From Leptolyngbyaceae cyanobacterium (lineage in GTDB: Bacteria; Cyanobacteriota; Cyanobacteriia; Phormidesmidales; Phormidesmidaceae): a DNA stretch of 60,412 bases. The notes beneath the pieces are model-generated. The model ran no database searches. It saw only the letters and a program-made list of their open reading frames with translations, and was not told the origin of the DNA. Below are positions 9,814-20,110 of this stretch, piece after piece (the stretch's first letter is position 1; the number at the start of each line of letters is the position of its first letter). Position numbers and translations under genes: made by a program. The DNA is taken from positions 1-60,412 of the forward strand of contig CBDHHL010000022.1 in the NCBI GenBank assembly GCA_965263355.1. The letters are read 5' to 3'.

Positions 9814-10347
9814 ATGACATTGCAAAGCAAAAATTGGGTGGCTGTTTTAGTTGGAGTTTCTGGCATTGCGTTGGGCACATTGGTCCCCGGTGGTCCTATC
9901 GAGACGCGCAGCTTTGCTCACATTGATCCCCTTACATTAGGGGTATTCAACACATTTTTGACAACATTAGTGATGGGCAGTTTGCCCTTAATTTACTTTG
10001 TGTTGCAGTCTAAGCGTTGGGCAATGTTTACAGCAGTGGGCTTTGGGGTGTCCTACCTTGGGGTGTATGGCTTGGATTTGGTCAAGCTCTTTCCTGTCTC
10101 ACCTGATGCCATGCCGCCTGCGTTACTGGCTATTGAGGTGCTGGGGACAATACTGTCGCTTCCTTTAGTAGTGCTATCCATACAAGCCCTGCAAGAAACG
10201 ACTCAGCAAGTTACTGTTGCGACACCGTCCTCTACGACTAGTTACGCTCCGATTGCTCAGATATCACAACTTATCTCGACAATTGGGTTGGTACTCGTGG
10301 CACTAGGCATCATCATCTTTGCTACGAGATCAGCAATGGGGCTCTAA
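9814..10347 (+). CDS. Hypothetical membrane protein
   Basis: GGAGG RBS before ATG 9814; about five hydrophobic segments; VPGGPIETRSF motif. Confidence 0.75.
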   Translation: MTLQSKNWVAVLVGVSGIALGTLVPGGPIETRSFAHIDPLTLGVFNTFLTTLVMGSLPLIYFVLQSKRWAMFTAVGFGVSYLGVYGLDLVKLFPVSPDAMPPALLAIEVLGTILSLPLVVLSIQALQETTQQVTVATPSSTTSYAPIAQISQLISTIGLVLVALGIIIFATRSAMGL

Positions 10348-10432
10348 GGAGACTTCATTGTTTTGGAATAACTCATTGAACAACTGAACTGTCACAAAAT
10401 CATACTCTGAGATTGTTGGAGGGCTGCCTAAC

Positions 10433-12220
10433 ATGACAACTGGTAATGAAATCCTGATTGCTGGAGGCTATGGCGTTGTTGGTAGGCAAGTGGCTACCTT
10501 GCTTCGTCAACGCTATCCCGACCTACCGTTAGTCATTACTGGACGAAATATTGAAAAAGCTAAGGCTCTGGCCAGCGAGCTGGGCCATGCAAGGGGAGCA
10601 CAGCTCGATGTTGAACAACCTAATCCGTTGTTAGGGGAACAACCACGAGCCATTATCGCAGTGGTCAATGATCCCCATGATTATCTGCTGACGTCAGCCG
10701 TACAACGTGGTATTCCTTACCTTGACATTACTCGTTGGACAGATCACTTGCGAGCATCGGTAGCAAAACTGGCTGATAAATCCCTCAAAGCACCGGTATT
10801 GCTATCATCTGGATGGATGGGAGGCGTCGCGTCAGTAGCGGCTGTCGCCGCCGCTCAATCCCTACGAGAACCTGAGAGCATTGACATTAGCGTTCTCTTT
10901 TCAGTTAAGGATAAATCAGGTCCGAACTCCGTTGAATATATGGATCGGCTAGCGACCCCTTTCGAGTCGATGATTGAAGGTAATCCGAAGCAGGTCTTCC
11001 CCTACACTGACCCACGTACAGTTATGTTTCCGAATGGCTACACCACGCCTGTTTACCGCTTTGATACACCAGACCAGCTGACGTTACCACAGACTACAGG
11101 TGCTAAAACTGTTGCTGCTCGCATTGCTTTTGATGATGCGTTTTCAACAAATCTTTTACGGTTCTTGACCCGTTCTGGTATCTGGAAGCTGATTAGCGGA
11201 GAATGGTTGACTCCCCTTCGGAGATCACTCCTTTACAATCCCGGCAGTGGTGCTAGCCATGAAATCCATATCGCCGTTGCTGGCAGTGACACCAACGGTT
11301 TTTCTAAAACCGTCACGACGACAATAGTTGATCCACTAGGACAGACCCATCTCACAGCATTAGGCGCATTAATCCAGCTAGAACGTCTATTGGGGTTAGA
11401 TGGAGCCGATCCCCCTGAATCAGGTATTGTTTATCCAGATACGGCTCCACAAATAGAGCATGCACTGCATCTGTTGGAGCAGTTTGGTGTGACGATCTCA
11501 AAGGAAGATGCTATTCCTCCTCATGGAGGATCTACGCGCACCTCACGTTCACTGCCTCGTCATGTAGCGGTCATCGGAGCTGCTGGTGGGCTTGGCCAAG
11601 CTATCCTGAGCCTGTGCCGAGAAGCAGGAATTGGCTTCACCGCAATCGTCCGTTCGCGCCCAGAACGCATCACTGATATACCTTCCAACTCTCGTGTGGC
11701 AGTAGTGCCTTCCCTTGCTGACCGTTCAGCATTGACGGCAGCTTTTCGTGGAGCAGATGTGGTTCTTACCGCGCTTGGCGTCACAGCTACCAGTCGAGAT
11801 CGCTCAGCCTTACTCTCTGAGAACATGGCAACAGTCGAGCAGGAGATGCTGGCCGCAGGCGTGAAGCGTATCGTTTTAATTAATACACTTCTCAGTTCGT
11901 CACCCGGCAAACCGGCAAACTTTGCGATGCGCTTCTTCTCGTGGCTACCCGGCATCATTGGTCGTGGGGCTAACGAGCAACAGGCAGTAGTAGATGCACT
12001 GAGTCAAGGTGAATTTTCGGCGTTGCAATGGACCCTCGTGCGTGGCGGATTAAACGCACGGGGCAAGGACGAACAACCAGTTGCCTCGGCATCCTGGACT
12101 AGTTCATTGAATTCGTGGCTACCAGTCTCATACCGAGCAATGGGGCAGTGGATGCTAGAGGAGGCTGTCGCTAATGAGTTCATTGGAGAGGCTCCACTCG
12201 TTTCAGGACAACGTCATTGA
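10433..12220 (+). CDS. Saccharopine-dehydrogenase-like oxidoreductase fused to a C-terminal NAD(P)H-binding domain
   Basis: Two Rossmann motifs: ILIAGGYGVVG at the N-terminus and VAVIGAAGGLG near aa 380. Confidence 0.8.
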   Translation: MTTGNEILIAGGYGVVGRQVATLLRQRYPDLPLVITGRNIEKAKALASELGHARGAQLDVEQPNPLLGEQPRAIIAVVNDPHDYLLTSAVQRGIPYLDITRWTDHLRASVAKLADKSLKAPVLLSSGWMGGVASVAAVAAAQSLREPESIDISVLFSVKDKSGPNSVEYMDRLATPFESMIEGNPKQVFPYTDPRTVMFPNGYTTPVYRFDTPDQLTLPQTTGAKTVAARIAFDDAFSTNLLRFLTRSGIWKLISGEWLTPLRRSLLYNPGSGASHEIHIAVAGSDTNGFSKTVTTTIVDPLGQTHLTALGALIQLERLLGLDGADPPESGIVYPDTAPQIEHALHLLEQFGVTISKEDAIPPHGGSTRTSRSLPRHVAVIGAAGGLGQAILSLCREAGIGFTAIVRSRPERITDIPSNSRVAVVPSLADRSALTAAFRGADVVLTALGVTATSRDRSALLSENMATVEQEMLAAGVKRIVLINTLLSSSPGKPANFAMRFFSWLPGIIGRGANEQQAVVDALSQGEFSALQWTLVRGGLNARGKDEQPVASASWTSSLNSWLPVSYRAMGQWMLEEAVANEFIGEAPLVSGQRH

Positions 12221-12264
12221 GTCGTAGCTAAAATCGACAATAACAATGTAGAGGGAACGAGATT

Positions 12265-12558
12265 ATGAGTGCATATGTTGTAGCCCAGATACAAATCAAC
12301 AATCCAGATGAATATCAAAAGTATCTAGCTGGCTTCATGCCAGTTTTTAAGAGACATGGTGGTGAACTTCTTGCGACTCCCAAAAATCAAACCATCGTCG
12401 TCGAAGGAGATTGGGTGTATCCCAGTACCGTGATAATGAAATTTCCTAGCATAGAGTCTGCTCAAGCATGGTGTAATGATCCAGACTATAAAGCTCTTGC
12501 AGAGCATCGAAATCGATCTGCCGACTCAAATCTTGCAATCGTCGAAGGAATTTCGTAA
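12265..12558 (+). CDS. DUF1330 family protein
   Basis: MSAYVVAQI.I..P..Y..Y, HGGELLA, VEGDW....VIMKFPS.E.A.AW....Y. Confidence 0.9.
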   Translation: MSAYVVAQIQINNPDEYQKYLAGFMPVFKRHGGELLATPKNQTIVVEGDWVYPSTVIMKFPSIESAQAWCNDPDYKALAEHRNRSADSNLAIVEGIS

Positions 12559-12690
12559 AGGGCTATCCTAACTTGGCTGTTTGCAAGTACGCATGGCCGA
12601 TGAAAATCGGCCATTTTCTCACTCTGAAAATATTGCACATCAAGGCTTTTAGGAGATGTAGCAGTCCTGTCCAGAATCGTTGCCATACCT

Positions 12691-12843
12691 TACGAAGAAG
12701 TGCAATTAGCTCAAATTAGGAGGCTGAAAGACGGAATCTCGTTGAAATTAGCTCTGATTTTTGGCTATTACTCCAACAAAAAAGTGAAACGCTGAAAGCT
12801 TTGATATGAAAGGCTTTTAAGGTTCTAATCGCACCTGGACGTA
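12691..12843. mobile_element. Degenerate MITE-like remnant
   Basis: Ends TACGAAGAAGTGCAATTAG and (reverse complement) TACGTCCAGGTGCGATTAG, 14/19 matched; core resembles the TIRs at 20789-20970. Confidence 0.35.
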
Positions 12844-12869
12844 GCTAACCCTACACTTAGTCTACTTTT

Positions 12870-13331
12870 TCAGCTTCTGTATGCTTTGGGCGTCACCCCG
12901 ACTACTTTACGAAAATTGCGCAGTAGTTGCACCGCCAGTACGGTTGCCAGTGAGTCTAGATACAGCCTACTGCTAGCCTGTTTTTGCTGTGCCTCTGCCA
13001 TCAAGAGGGTGGAAATCGCTGTCAGCTGCTGCTGGCGACTTTGAAATGTTGGCACTAACCTGAGGCGATTGCCGTCCTTTCCCAGAGTTTCCTCCGCGAC
13101 CCGCTTTAGGACTGTTGCTGACAGTTGAACCTTGAGGCAATTTTTATCTCTCTCCCAGCTCACAAAAAGTGGAGTGTTAGTAGGGATAAGCAACATATCG
13201 CTATAGCGATATAGTTCGGTATGGGTTGTGCCATCTTGGGTCTGCAGATAATGCAGAGACAGATTCACAAACAGTGTGTGGGCTGTCTCAACATGAGAGT
13301 CCAACAATTTCATGACCGTATGAGTTATCAA
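12870..13331 (-). pseudogene. AraC regulator remnant lacking the HTH domain (paralog of 15261-16142)
   Basis: Aligns to the intact AraC up to VLAVQLLRN, then jumps to the terminal FRKVVGVTPKAYRS; the last ~44 nt are near-identical to the intact copy. Confidence 0.85.
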
Positions 13332-13596
13332 TTTGGATTTCTGTTGGGTGTCGACTCACGTGGTTAAGGCTCCAAATGCATAAATCTTGATTCGATCTAC
13401 TTTGGCTATATCTCTCGACTTACGCTAGCGATCTCACCGTCAGCAGAACTTTCTTGAATGAATCCAGCCTGCACTTGATGCAGCGCATGCTTAACTAATC
13501 CTGCCGAGAGGTTGGGAGGGGGCGATAATGACTGGATTACCGCCCTTATCCTTCTATGGTCCAACGTCGTAATTATCAGGACAGCCAGCTAACGGG

Positions 13597-14466
13597 TCAC
13601 GCAACCAAGGCGGGCTGCAGCAAGGACGCATAGTCGCGGATGTACTGCGTAAATTGTCGCGACTCCTGGCCGGTCACCCGTTGGACATCGTTGGTGATGC
13701 GGCTTGCCTGGTCTTCACGATAGTAACGTTCGAGATCGAGCATCCGATCCGCGATCTCATCAGGCAAGCCTTCTGCCAGCATGCCGTGCTTCAAGTCCTC
13801 CGGGGGGAGGCTGATATGGCTAATGGAGCGCCCAAGCACCACCGATAGTTTTTGCGCGAGTTCGTCGTAGGTCAGAGCCTCGGGGCCAGTCAACGTATAG
13901 GCCTGTCCCGCATAGGTCGTCTCCGTCAGGGCTTTTACGGCCACTGCTGCAATGTCACGCACATCGACGTGAGCGATCTTTGCCTCGCCGCTGGCGCTGT
14001 AAAAGGCGGATTCCGCCTTGATGGTTTCGCCCATGAAGGTGACGACATTCTGCATAAAGCTGTTCGGGCGCAGAAATGTCCAGGTCATGCTGCTCGCTTC
14101 AATCGCCTGCTCGACGGGGCGATGAATCAGGGCAAGGCTAAAGGCCTCGTCTTCGGCCCCCATGACAGACTGCTTCACGATGTGCTGCACCCCAACCGCT
14201 TTTGCCGCTTCAACGGCGTTGAGTTCGAGCTGTGTTTGGTTTAAGGCATTTGGCCCCAAGAGAAAGAGCTTGTCACACCCTTGAAACGCTGTACGCAGTG
14301 TTTCAGGGTGGTTGTAGTCAATGATGACGGCATTGAGCCCTTTTGCCAGGGCCGCGTTTACCTTCTCTTTCGAGAAGTAGGCTACACGAAAGGGCACCTT
14401 TGCCAATTCAAGCTGTTTGACAACTTCGCTACCAACAGTTCCACCCGCTCCAGTGATGCAAATCAT
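13597..14466 (-). CDS. NmrA-like/atypical SDR NAD(P)H-binding oxidoreductase
   Basis: ICITGAGGTVG, WTFLRPNSFMQN, HVDVRDIAAVA, YTLTGPEALT. Confidence 0.92.
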   Translation of the reverse strand: MICITGAGGTVGSEVVKQLELAKVPFRVAYFSKEKVNAALAKGLNAVIIDYNHPETLRTAFQGCDKLFLLGPNALNQTQLELNAVEAAKAVGVQHIVKQSVMGAEDEAFSLALIHRPVEQAIEASSMTWTFLRPNSFMQNVVTFMGETIKAESAFYSASGEAKIAHVDVRDIAAVAVKALTETTYAGQAYTLTGPEALTYDELAQKLSVVLGRSISHISLPPEDLKHGMLAEGLPDEIADRMLDLERYYREDQASRITNDVQRVTGQESRQFTQYIRDYASLLQPALVA

Positions 14467-14617
14467 AGGTCATTCCTTCCTTTGAAACTAAAGATTTTGA
14501 GATTACAGATATGGATTGATTGCTGCAGATCGCAGCCCGACTAAACATTGTTCAAGCCCAGAAGTGGAGTTTGGCTTTAGAGAGAACGCCACGGGGCTGG
14601 ACTTGCCGTAGGGCTCA

Positions 14618-15121
14618 TCAAAGCCTGAAGAGGAGAATTATAAACAGAACAGAGGTTAGACCCGCCAGCGGCGTTCTAACCAAGTTCCATCGATTCCAAG
14701 TGGGTTCAAAATTCATTCGAGCCGCCTTCAGAGCCGCCTCATCCATGACCTCAACGTTCAAGGCCTGGAGTCTATTGTTCAATGGGACATTAATCGTGAA
14801 GGTGGATAATTGAACCCCCAGGATGTAAACAAGCGGAGCCGCGAGCAACAGTAGACGCTGATTATCCTCCAGCTGTCCGAAGCCCAGTCCAACCGCTGCC
14901 ACTGATGCCACAACGGACCCCATCCAGACGGCTACCATTAGCGGCTGGTTATTCTGGATCACACCGTCAATGACCTGAAAGGCTCGGATAAATTCACGGT
15001 CGTTCAACGTTTTGATGCCCGGCATAACGACGGTGGCAAAGGCAAACAAGAAACCCGCCACCAGAGAACACAGCAAGGTTGCCAAAATCAGAACAATTTG
15101 AAACGTGGATGCAGTTGACAT
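14618..15121 (-). CDS. DUF1772/anthrone oxygenase family membrane protein
   Basis: LVAGFLFAFATVVMPG, TFTINVPLNNRL, ARMNFEPTWNRWNLVRT. Confidence 0.88.
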   Translation of the reverse strand: MSTASTFQIVLILATLLCSLVAGFLFAFATVVMPGIKTLNDREFIRAFQVIDGVIQNNQPLMVAVWMGSVVASVAAVGLGFGQLEDNQRLLLLAAPLVYILGVQLSTFTINVPLNNRLQALNVEVMDEAALKAARMNFEPTWNRWNLVRTPLAGLTSVLFIILLFRL

Positions 15122-15260
15122 GACTCAATTTCCTTAACCTGCAATGAAGACATCCTCACCTTACGGAGCGTGCTCGATGGGTGCTTGCCCTTTCTTGCGG
15201 GACTGTCACTTTCTTGCGGTGACTTCGCGCCATCCTCTATTGCCTGTAGGAAAAAGAGAC

Positions 15261-16142
15261 TTAACAGCTTCTGTATGCCTTGGGCGTCACCCCGACTACT
15301 TTACGAAACTGCTTGCTAAGGTGACTGTGACTGGTGAATCCACACTCTAGAGCAATATCAATGATGGGTTGATCACTGTGCTTGAGCAGGTGCTTCGCCC
15401 GTTCTAGTCTTTGTTGAATTACGTATTGGTGGGGCGAAATTCCCATGGACTGCTTGAACATGCGTCCAAAATGAAACGGGCTCATATTCAGTAATCCAGC
15501 CAGATCAGCTAGCTTAATATCTCCGGCTAACCCAGCATCAATATAGTCTAAGACACGCTTTAGATGATACGTCGGTAGCCCCCCCTCATAGGTTGGTACC
15601 TGGGCCGACGTCGTACCATAATTGCGTAGCATCTGGACGGCCAGCACATTTGCCAATGAGTCTAAATACAGACCGCTGTTGGGTTGACGTTGCTGTATTT
15701 CTGCCAATAACAGAGTAGAGGTTGCTGCAATCTGCTGCTGGCGACTTTGAAATGTTGGCACTAACGTAAGATGATCTCCGTTCTTTCCCAACGTTTCCTC
15801 GGCAACCTGTTTCAGGAATGATTCGGGTAGCTGAATTTGTAGACAATTTTCATCCCCATCCCATCTTGTGAAGAGCGGTGTGTTAGCAGGCGTAATCAAC
15901 ATATCGCCATGGTGATATAGCCCGCTATGGGTTTTCCCATCCTGAGTGTGCTGGTAATACATCGGGCGTGACTTCAGACTCACATACAGAGTATGAGCGG
16001 CCCCAGCAGGAACGTGTGCTTCACCTGGTGGAAATTTAAGATGCTCAAGCTGAATGGTCTCAGTTCCTAGAACTAAGGCTGACTCGCTTCGATTCGAGTC
16101 CTCAGGCAATGAATCGTCTGACTGGGGGTGAGCAAGAGCCAT
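15261..16142 (-). CDS. AraC-family transcriptional regulator
   Basis: LADLAGLLNMSPFHFGRMFKQSMGISPHQYV..QRLERAK.LL, IALECGFTSHSHLSKQFRK..G.TP. Confidence 0.95.
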   Translation of the reverse strand: MALAHPQSDDSLPEDSNRSESALVLGTETIQLEHLKFPPGEAHVPAGAAHTLYVSLKSRPMYYQHTQDGKTHSGLYHHGDMLITPANTPLFTRWDGDENCLQIQLPESFLKQVAEETLGKNGDHLTLVPTFQSRQQQIAATSTLLLAEIQQRQPNSGLYLDSLANVLAVQMLRNYGTTSAQVPTYEGGLPTYHLKRVLDYIDAGLAGDIKLADLAGLLNMSPFHFGRMFKQSMGISPHQYVIQQRLERAKHLLKHSDQPIIDIALECGFTSHSHLSKQFRKVVGVTPKAYRSC

Positions 16143-16486
16143 GAAGTTAATGTATAGTCAAATTGCTGATATCAAAGCCTTGACCATACATCACAGCCAA
16201 AGTTTTCTTTGTACGTTGAAATTTAATGCAATCGTAGGCGTTATCCCCTAGCCTTTCAAGTCACCGCAAGCAAGGGCCAATCCCGCTTCTCCGGTTATTT
16301 GAACAAATCCATACTTTGAACCACCCAATTCCTCGATAAATGTCCAGGATGCTAAAAGTCTATGTCAGATAATAACTTTTATTTGACTTACACGAAAGCT
16401 TACACGAAAGACTGTAAACCTTGTCCTTAGAAAAACGGGTACTACTATTTTTCCCTGCCCTGCACTTAGCCCTACTACTGCTTGGG

Positions 16487-16699
16487 TCAGACGAGCTGCA
16501 CTAACTTCTTGACCTGTTTTTCTAACGTTGTAAGGCGTCTTGCCATCGATGCAACTCCACTGGGATCTGTTTTCTCCAAGTACAGTCCGATAGCTTCCTT
16601 AATTACCTCGCTAGGAGTGCGACCGGTTTCAGTTGCGATCGCACGTATCTGCTCATCCCAACTATGGGGAATGCGGGCGGCGGCGATGGGCTTGCTCAT
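16487..16699 (-). CDS. CopG/ribbon-helix-helix DNA-binding protein
   Basis: IAAARIP....EQIRAIATETGRTPSEVIKEAIGLYL followed by a short coiled coil. Confidence 0.7.
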   Translation of the reverse strand: MSKPIAAARIPHSWDEQIRAIATETGRTPSEVIKEAIGLYLEKTDPSGVASMARRLTTLEKQVKKLVQLV

Positions 16700-16702
16700 G
16701 GT

Positions 16703-16795
16703 TGTAAACAGTGTAAACAGCGTTAACCCATGGCAGATCGACCATAGGCTTCTTTGTTATGCCCAAAAGCTGTAAACCGCGTTAACCGTGTAAAC
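16703..16795. repeat. TGTAAAC/GTTAAC repeats at 9-bp spacing
   Basis: Two triplets (16703-16727 and 16771-16795) between the RHH gene and the recombinase. Confidence 0.6.
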
Positions 16796-16941
16796 ACTTG
16801 CGGACATTGAGCTAAGCCCTATGTGACAGTAGATTTTTTACTATGGTAATTCTCAATAAGAAACGACGGTTTTTCGACGTTTCAGCCAACGGATTGAAAA
16901 TTGGGTATTCTAAAGTTGCTCTTTTGTTCAAATTAGCAACT

Positions 16942-17481
16942 ATGCCCAAGTGCGATCGCAACGGCAAAGCCGAAGTCTGGACCGACGATCAATTTGAGCA
17001 GGTGGCAGCTGAATTGAATCCCAATATGAGAGCAGTATTCTCAATTTGCTACTACACCGGTTGCCGGATCAGTGAGGCACGACAGCTGAGGGCAGAAAGT
17101 TTAGTTGGCAACACTATCGTCTTTAAGAAGACCACTACGAAAACTAAAAACACTCGGGCGGTGCCCATGCATTCAAAGTTGAAGGTGATTTTGGATGAGG
17201 CAAACTTGCCAACAGAGGGTTATCTGTTTCCTGGTCGCAACAAAGATAAGCCCATTACACGGCAGGCCTGCGATAAAGCGCTGCGCCGAGTGTGTAGTTA
17301 TCTGGGACTTGAAGGATTTAGTACCCATAGCAATCGCCGCACCTGGGCGACTGGGTTGGATCGCGGTGGGGTGCGGATGAAGGCGATTCAGGAATTGGGT
17401 GGGTGGTCGTCGATGGTGTCGTTGCAGCGGTATTTGGATGTGTCAGATGCTGAAAAGGCTGCAGCGATCGAGGTTATTTGA
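16942..17481 (+). CDS. Small tyrosine recombinase/resolvase (catalytic domain only)
   Basis: TGCRISE (R), KTKNTR (K), STHSNRRT (HxxR), LGGW (H/W), LQRYL (Y). Confidence 0.9.
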   Translation: MPKCDRNGKAEVWTDDQFEQVAAELNPNMRAVFSICYYTGCRISEARQLRAESLVGNTIVFKKTTTKTKNTRAVPMHSKLKVILDEANLPTEGYLFPGRNKDKPITRQACDKALRRVCSYLGLEGFSTHSNRRTWATGLDRGGVRMKAIQELGGWSSMVSLQRYLDVSDAEKAAAIEVI

Positions 17482-17676
17482 TGGCCAGAAGCGCTGCCCG
17501 TAAAATCAACATATTTTGATGTAGAAAATAATGACTGACTATTTTGGGACCACGGAGAAAGGGTGACCTTATAGACAGGTGTGAGGTAACTAACGATCAT
17601 TGTTTAGCGTATGTTTTAACTTCATTGCTCGGCGAATCCCATAAATAGTTCAGCAAAAAATCAATGGTTACATCAA

Positions 17677-18210
17677 ATGCGAAAAAATCAGAATTCTTTG
17701 GAATTGGATGATGAGAGCAAGAAAACTCTCAAAGAACTTGAAAAATTAGGCGAGGACGAACAATTAGAACTTCTTCGATTACTGAATGCTGAGCGAATAT
17801 TGGAGTATCAGATTTATGCCACTCGTGAGCAATGGCTATGGGTGCCATTAACCACATGCTTTGGAGCAGCACTTCTCGCACTCACTGCAACACCAATTAT
17901 TAGTATTGGCGTTTGTCTTATTACGGGCATTGTTGCTACATGGATTGCTTATCGACGTCGTCCAGGACTTTTGGCTTCTTACGAAGCATTGAATATGAGA
18001 CATAAGTGGGTTGTTGCTCTCACAAGTTCACTGAATGCCTCGCCACGGATCAAAGTGCTTGGATTTGACGAGCGGTTATACATGTATCAAGGTAAGCCGC
18101 ATGATTCAAAACATGTCAGGAGTTTTCAATATCCACTTGATGCACTTGCGCTAGTTGTTTGGGTTTGGCTTGCGCTGCTTGGCATTGCCTTGGCATCTTC
18201 GTTGATTTAG
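17677..18210 (+). CDS. Hypothetical membrane protein
   Basis: 177-aa ORF with three hydrophobic segments, followed by a hairpin. Confidence 0.6.
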   Translation: MRKNQNSLELDDESKKTLKELEKLGEDEQLELLRLLNAERILEYQIYATREQWLWVPLTTCFGAALLALTATPIISIGVCLITGIVATWIAYRRRPGLLASYEALNMRHKWVVALTSSLNASPRIKVLGFDERLYMYQGKPHDSKHVRSFQYPLDALALVVWVWLALLGIALASSLI

Positions 18211-18224
18211 AGTCCTGTCACGAG

Positions 18225-18268
18225 GAAGCTTGAGTAGCAACAGAGTTATACTCAAGCTTCGACATTTT
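18225..18268 (+). terminator. Intrinsic terminator-like hairpin
   Basis: GAAGCTTGAGTA/TACTCAAGCTTC 12-bp stem followed by a T-run. Confidence 0.6.
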
Positions 18269-18277
18269 TGTGTGCAC

Positions 18278-18301
18278 AATCAAATGATTAATCAAATGAT
18301 T
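18278..18301. repeat. 12-bp direct repeats upstream of parA (candidate centromere/operator)
   Basis: AATCAAATGATT x2; the same AATCATT/AATGATT core recurs at 18987-19010, 20106-20156 and 20400-20445. Confidence 0.7.
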
Positions 18302-18385
18302 ATTGCCATGAACACTTAAATAATTTTTGGTTTATTTCTTTGTGTTTATGGCATAGTTTCAGGTATCGCTTAGTCTTGTTGTCCC

Positions 18386-18988
18386 GTGAGTTTAATTGCG
18401 ATCTCTAATTTCAAAGGTGGTGTTGGTAAGACCACTACAGCGGTTGCGATCGCAACGTTGCTATCCACCGAAGGAAATGTCTTGCTAATTGACGCTGATC
18501 AAAATAAGTCGGCCATTCAATGGGCGAGCTATGGTCACGTTCCATTTGATGTCCGGTTAGAAGCTGAGGCCAGGCCCTTACTAATGTCGGGTAAGTATCA
18601 ACATGTGGTGATCGATTCTCAGGCCGCACCGGATGCGGGTGAAATAGCTGCCCTTTGTAAAGGATCGGATTTGCTGATTGTGCCGACATCACCAGAACCC
18701 CTGGCGATGTCTAGTACGGCTAAGGTGGCGGCAGAGGCAAAGGGCCATGGCCGCATGATGGCTCTGGTTAATATGATTCCGCCGAAACCGCAAACGGATG
18801 GTCTTGATGCGAAAGATGCCTTAGAGCGAGCAGGGATTACCTGTTTTAACCGACTGATCCGTAAGTCAAAGGTTTACATCTACGCCAGTGAGGCGGGGGC
18901 TGATATGAGTCAACTGGGTGGCCGTATGCCTACCTATTGGCGGGATTGGCTAGAAGTGGGTAAAGAACTCTCAAGTGTGATTGAATAA
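18386..18988 (+). CDS. parA: ParA-family ATPase (short type)
   Basis: Deviant Walker A KGGVGKTT, LLIDAD.N, VVIDS, SDLLIVPTSP. Confidence 0.93.
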   Translation: MSLIAISNFKGGVGKTTTAVAIATLLSTEGNVLLIDADQNKSAIQWASYGHVPFDVRLEAEARPLLMSGKYQHVVIDSQAAPDAGEIAALCKGSDLLIVPTSPEPLAMSSTAKVAAEAKGHGRMMALVNMIPPKPQTDGLDAKDALERAGITCFNRLIRKSKVYIYASEAGADMSQLGGRMPTYWRDWLEVGKELSSVIE

Positions 18989-19008
18989 TCATTTGAACAA
19001 TCATTGGT

Positions 19009-19299
19009 TTGATTATGGCTAAACAGACTCGGTTTGATAGTTTGCTTGGGGCAGCTAAAAGCGCTGACGTAAAAGAGGTAAGTGCTAGTGAACCGTCCTT
19101 AGAAAAAGTAGAGGTCAATCATGAGGGGGCGGGTGAATTCTGGGCTCAGTTTGATGATGATGAACCAGAGGCAACTGACCGGCTAAATGTGGAGATCCGG
19201 CGTAGCTTACATAATCGATTGAAGCGTCGGTGTGCGGAAAAGCAGGTAAGTAAGCGGGCTGTGATCGAAGCGTTGATCGAATGGGCGTTGAGCGACTAA
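19009..19299 (+). CDS. ParG-like ribbon-helix-helix partition partner
   Basis: Directly after parA; disordered N-terminus, C-terminal RLNVEIRRSLHNRLKRRC....SKRAVIEALIE. Confidence 0.75.
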   Translation: MIMAKQTRFDSLLGAAKSADVKEVSASEPSLEKVEVNHEGAGEFWAQFDDDEPEATDRLNVEIRRSLHNRLKRRCAEKQVSKRAVIEALIEWALSD

Positions 19300-19303
19300 T
19301 CAG

Positions 19304-20110
19304 ATGTCAAAACCAGAGTTTAGAGCTGGGCAAATTGTGCCCCTACGCTTCAGACATCGGCAACTCTCAGTTGTGGTCATGGATCCTGACGGTCTAGGAC
19401 CTGGAAAACCTACCATAGGTATGGGTTTTAGGGCCATGGAGCGGCATACGAATGTGCCAGCTAAAACGATATCAAGTAGGGTGTTACGAATTGAGGGGGG
19501 TAGCGTACTAGAACTCCCATCAGGCTTAAGGTTTGGGGTGTTACGAATTGAGGCTGAAGATGGCAATACCTACCAGGTGATCGAGGCGAGTGATTGGGTT
19601 GAGCTGGCTAAGGACTGGGCGCAAAATCCAGGCAAGTTACGTAAGCCTGCCCGAGATGGCTTAATCGAATTCCTGGCATGGTTTGCGGCGGAAGGTATCT
19701 ACGCCCAGGCGTACACATTCCTCAAACAGACCTACACCGAAGAGGATAATCAAAGCCTTTACCAATGGCGGGTTTCGCGGGAAGCTGGCAAACCCTACCG
19801 CCAGGATTGGAGCTGGGAAGTTAAGGAAAAGGATACGCGAGGGCGTTACGGATATTGGACCAACTATGTCTACCGTGGGTTATTCGGCATGGATGCGGCG
19901 GAAATGAAGGAGGTCTGGGAAACACCGGTATCGGGCAGTGCAAAAGTTGCTCGTAACTATATTCCTGAATCGATTGGGCTCAAGGCTGTTGCCTATTGCG
20001 AAAATTTGGTTGCAATACTAGATATGGATGACATTGAAGAGGCTCACGATGAGGCTATACGGCTGACGCAAAAGAAATTTAAAAAGCACCTCTTACCTAA
20101 AAAGGAATGA
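19304..20110 (+). CDS. Hypothetical protein (paralog of pseudogene 28073-28879)
   Basis: Long ORF co-oriented with the par genes, alignable along its length with 28073-28879. Confidence 0.8.
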   Translation: MSKPEFRAGQIVPLRFRHRQLSVVVMDPDGLGPGKPTIGMGFRAMERHTNVPAKTISSRVLRIEGGSVLELPSGLRFGVLRIEAEDGNTYQVIEASDWVELAKDWAQNPGKLRKPARDGLIEFLAWFAAEGIYAQAYTFLKQTYTEEDNQSLYQWRVSREAGKPYRQDWSWEVKEKDTRGRYGYWTNYVYRGLFGMDAAEMKEVWETPVSGSAKVARNYIPESIGLKAVAYCENLVAILDMDDIEEAHDEAIRLTQKKFKKHLLPKKE

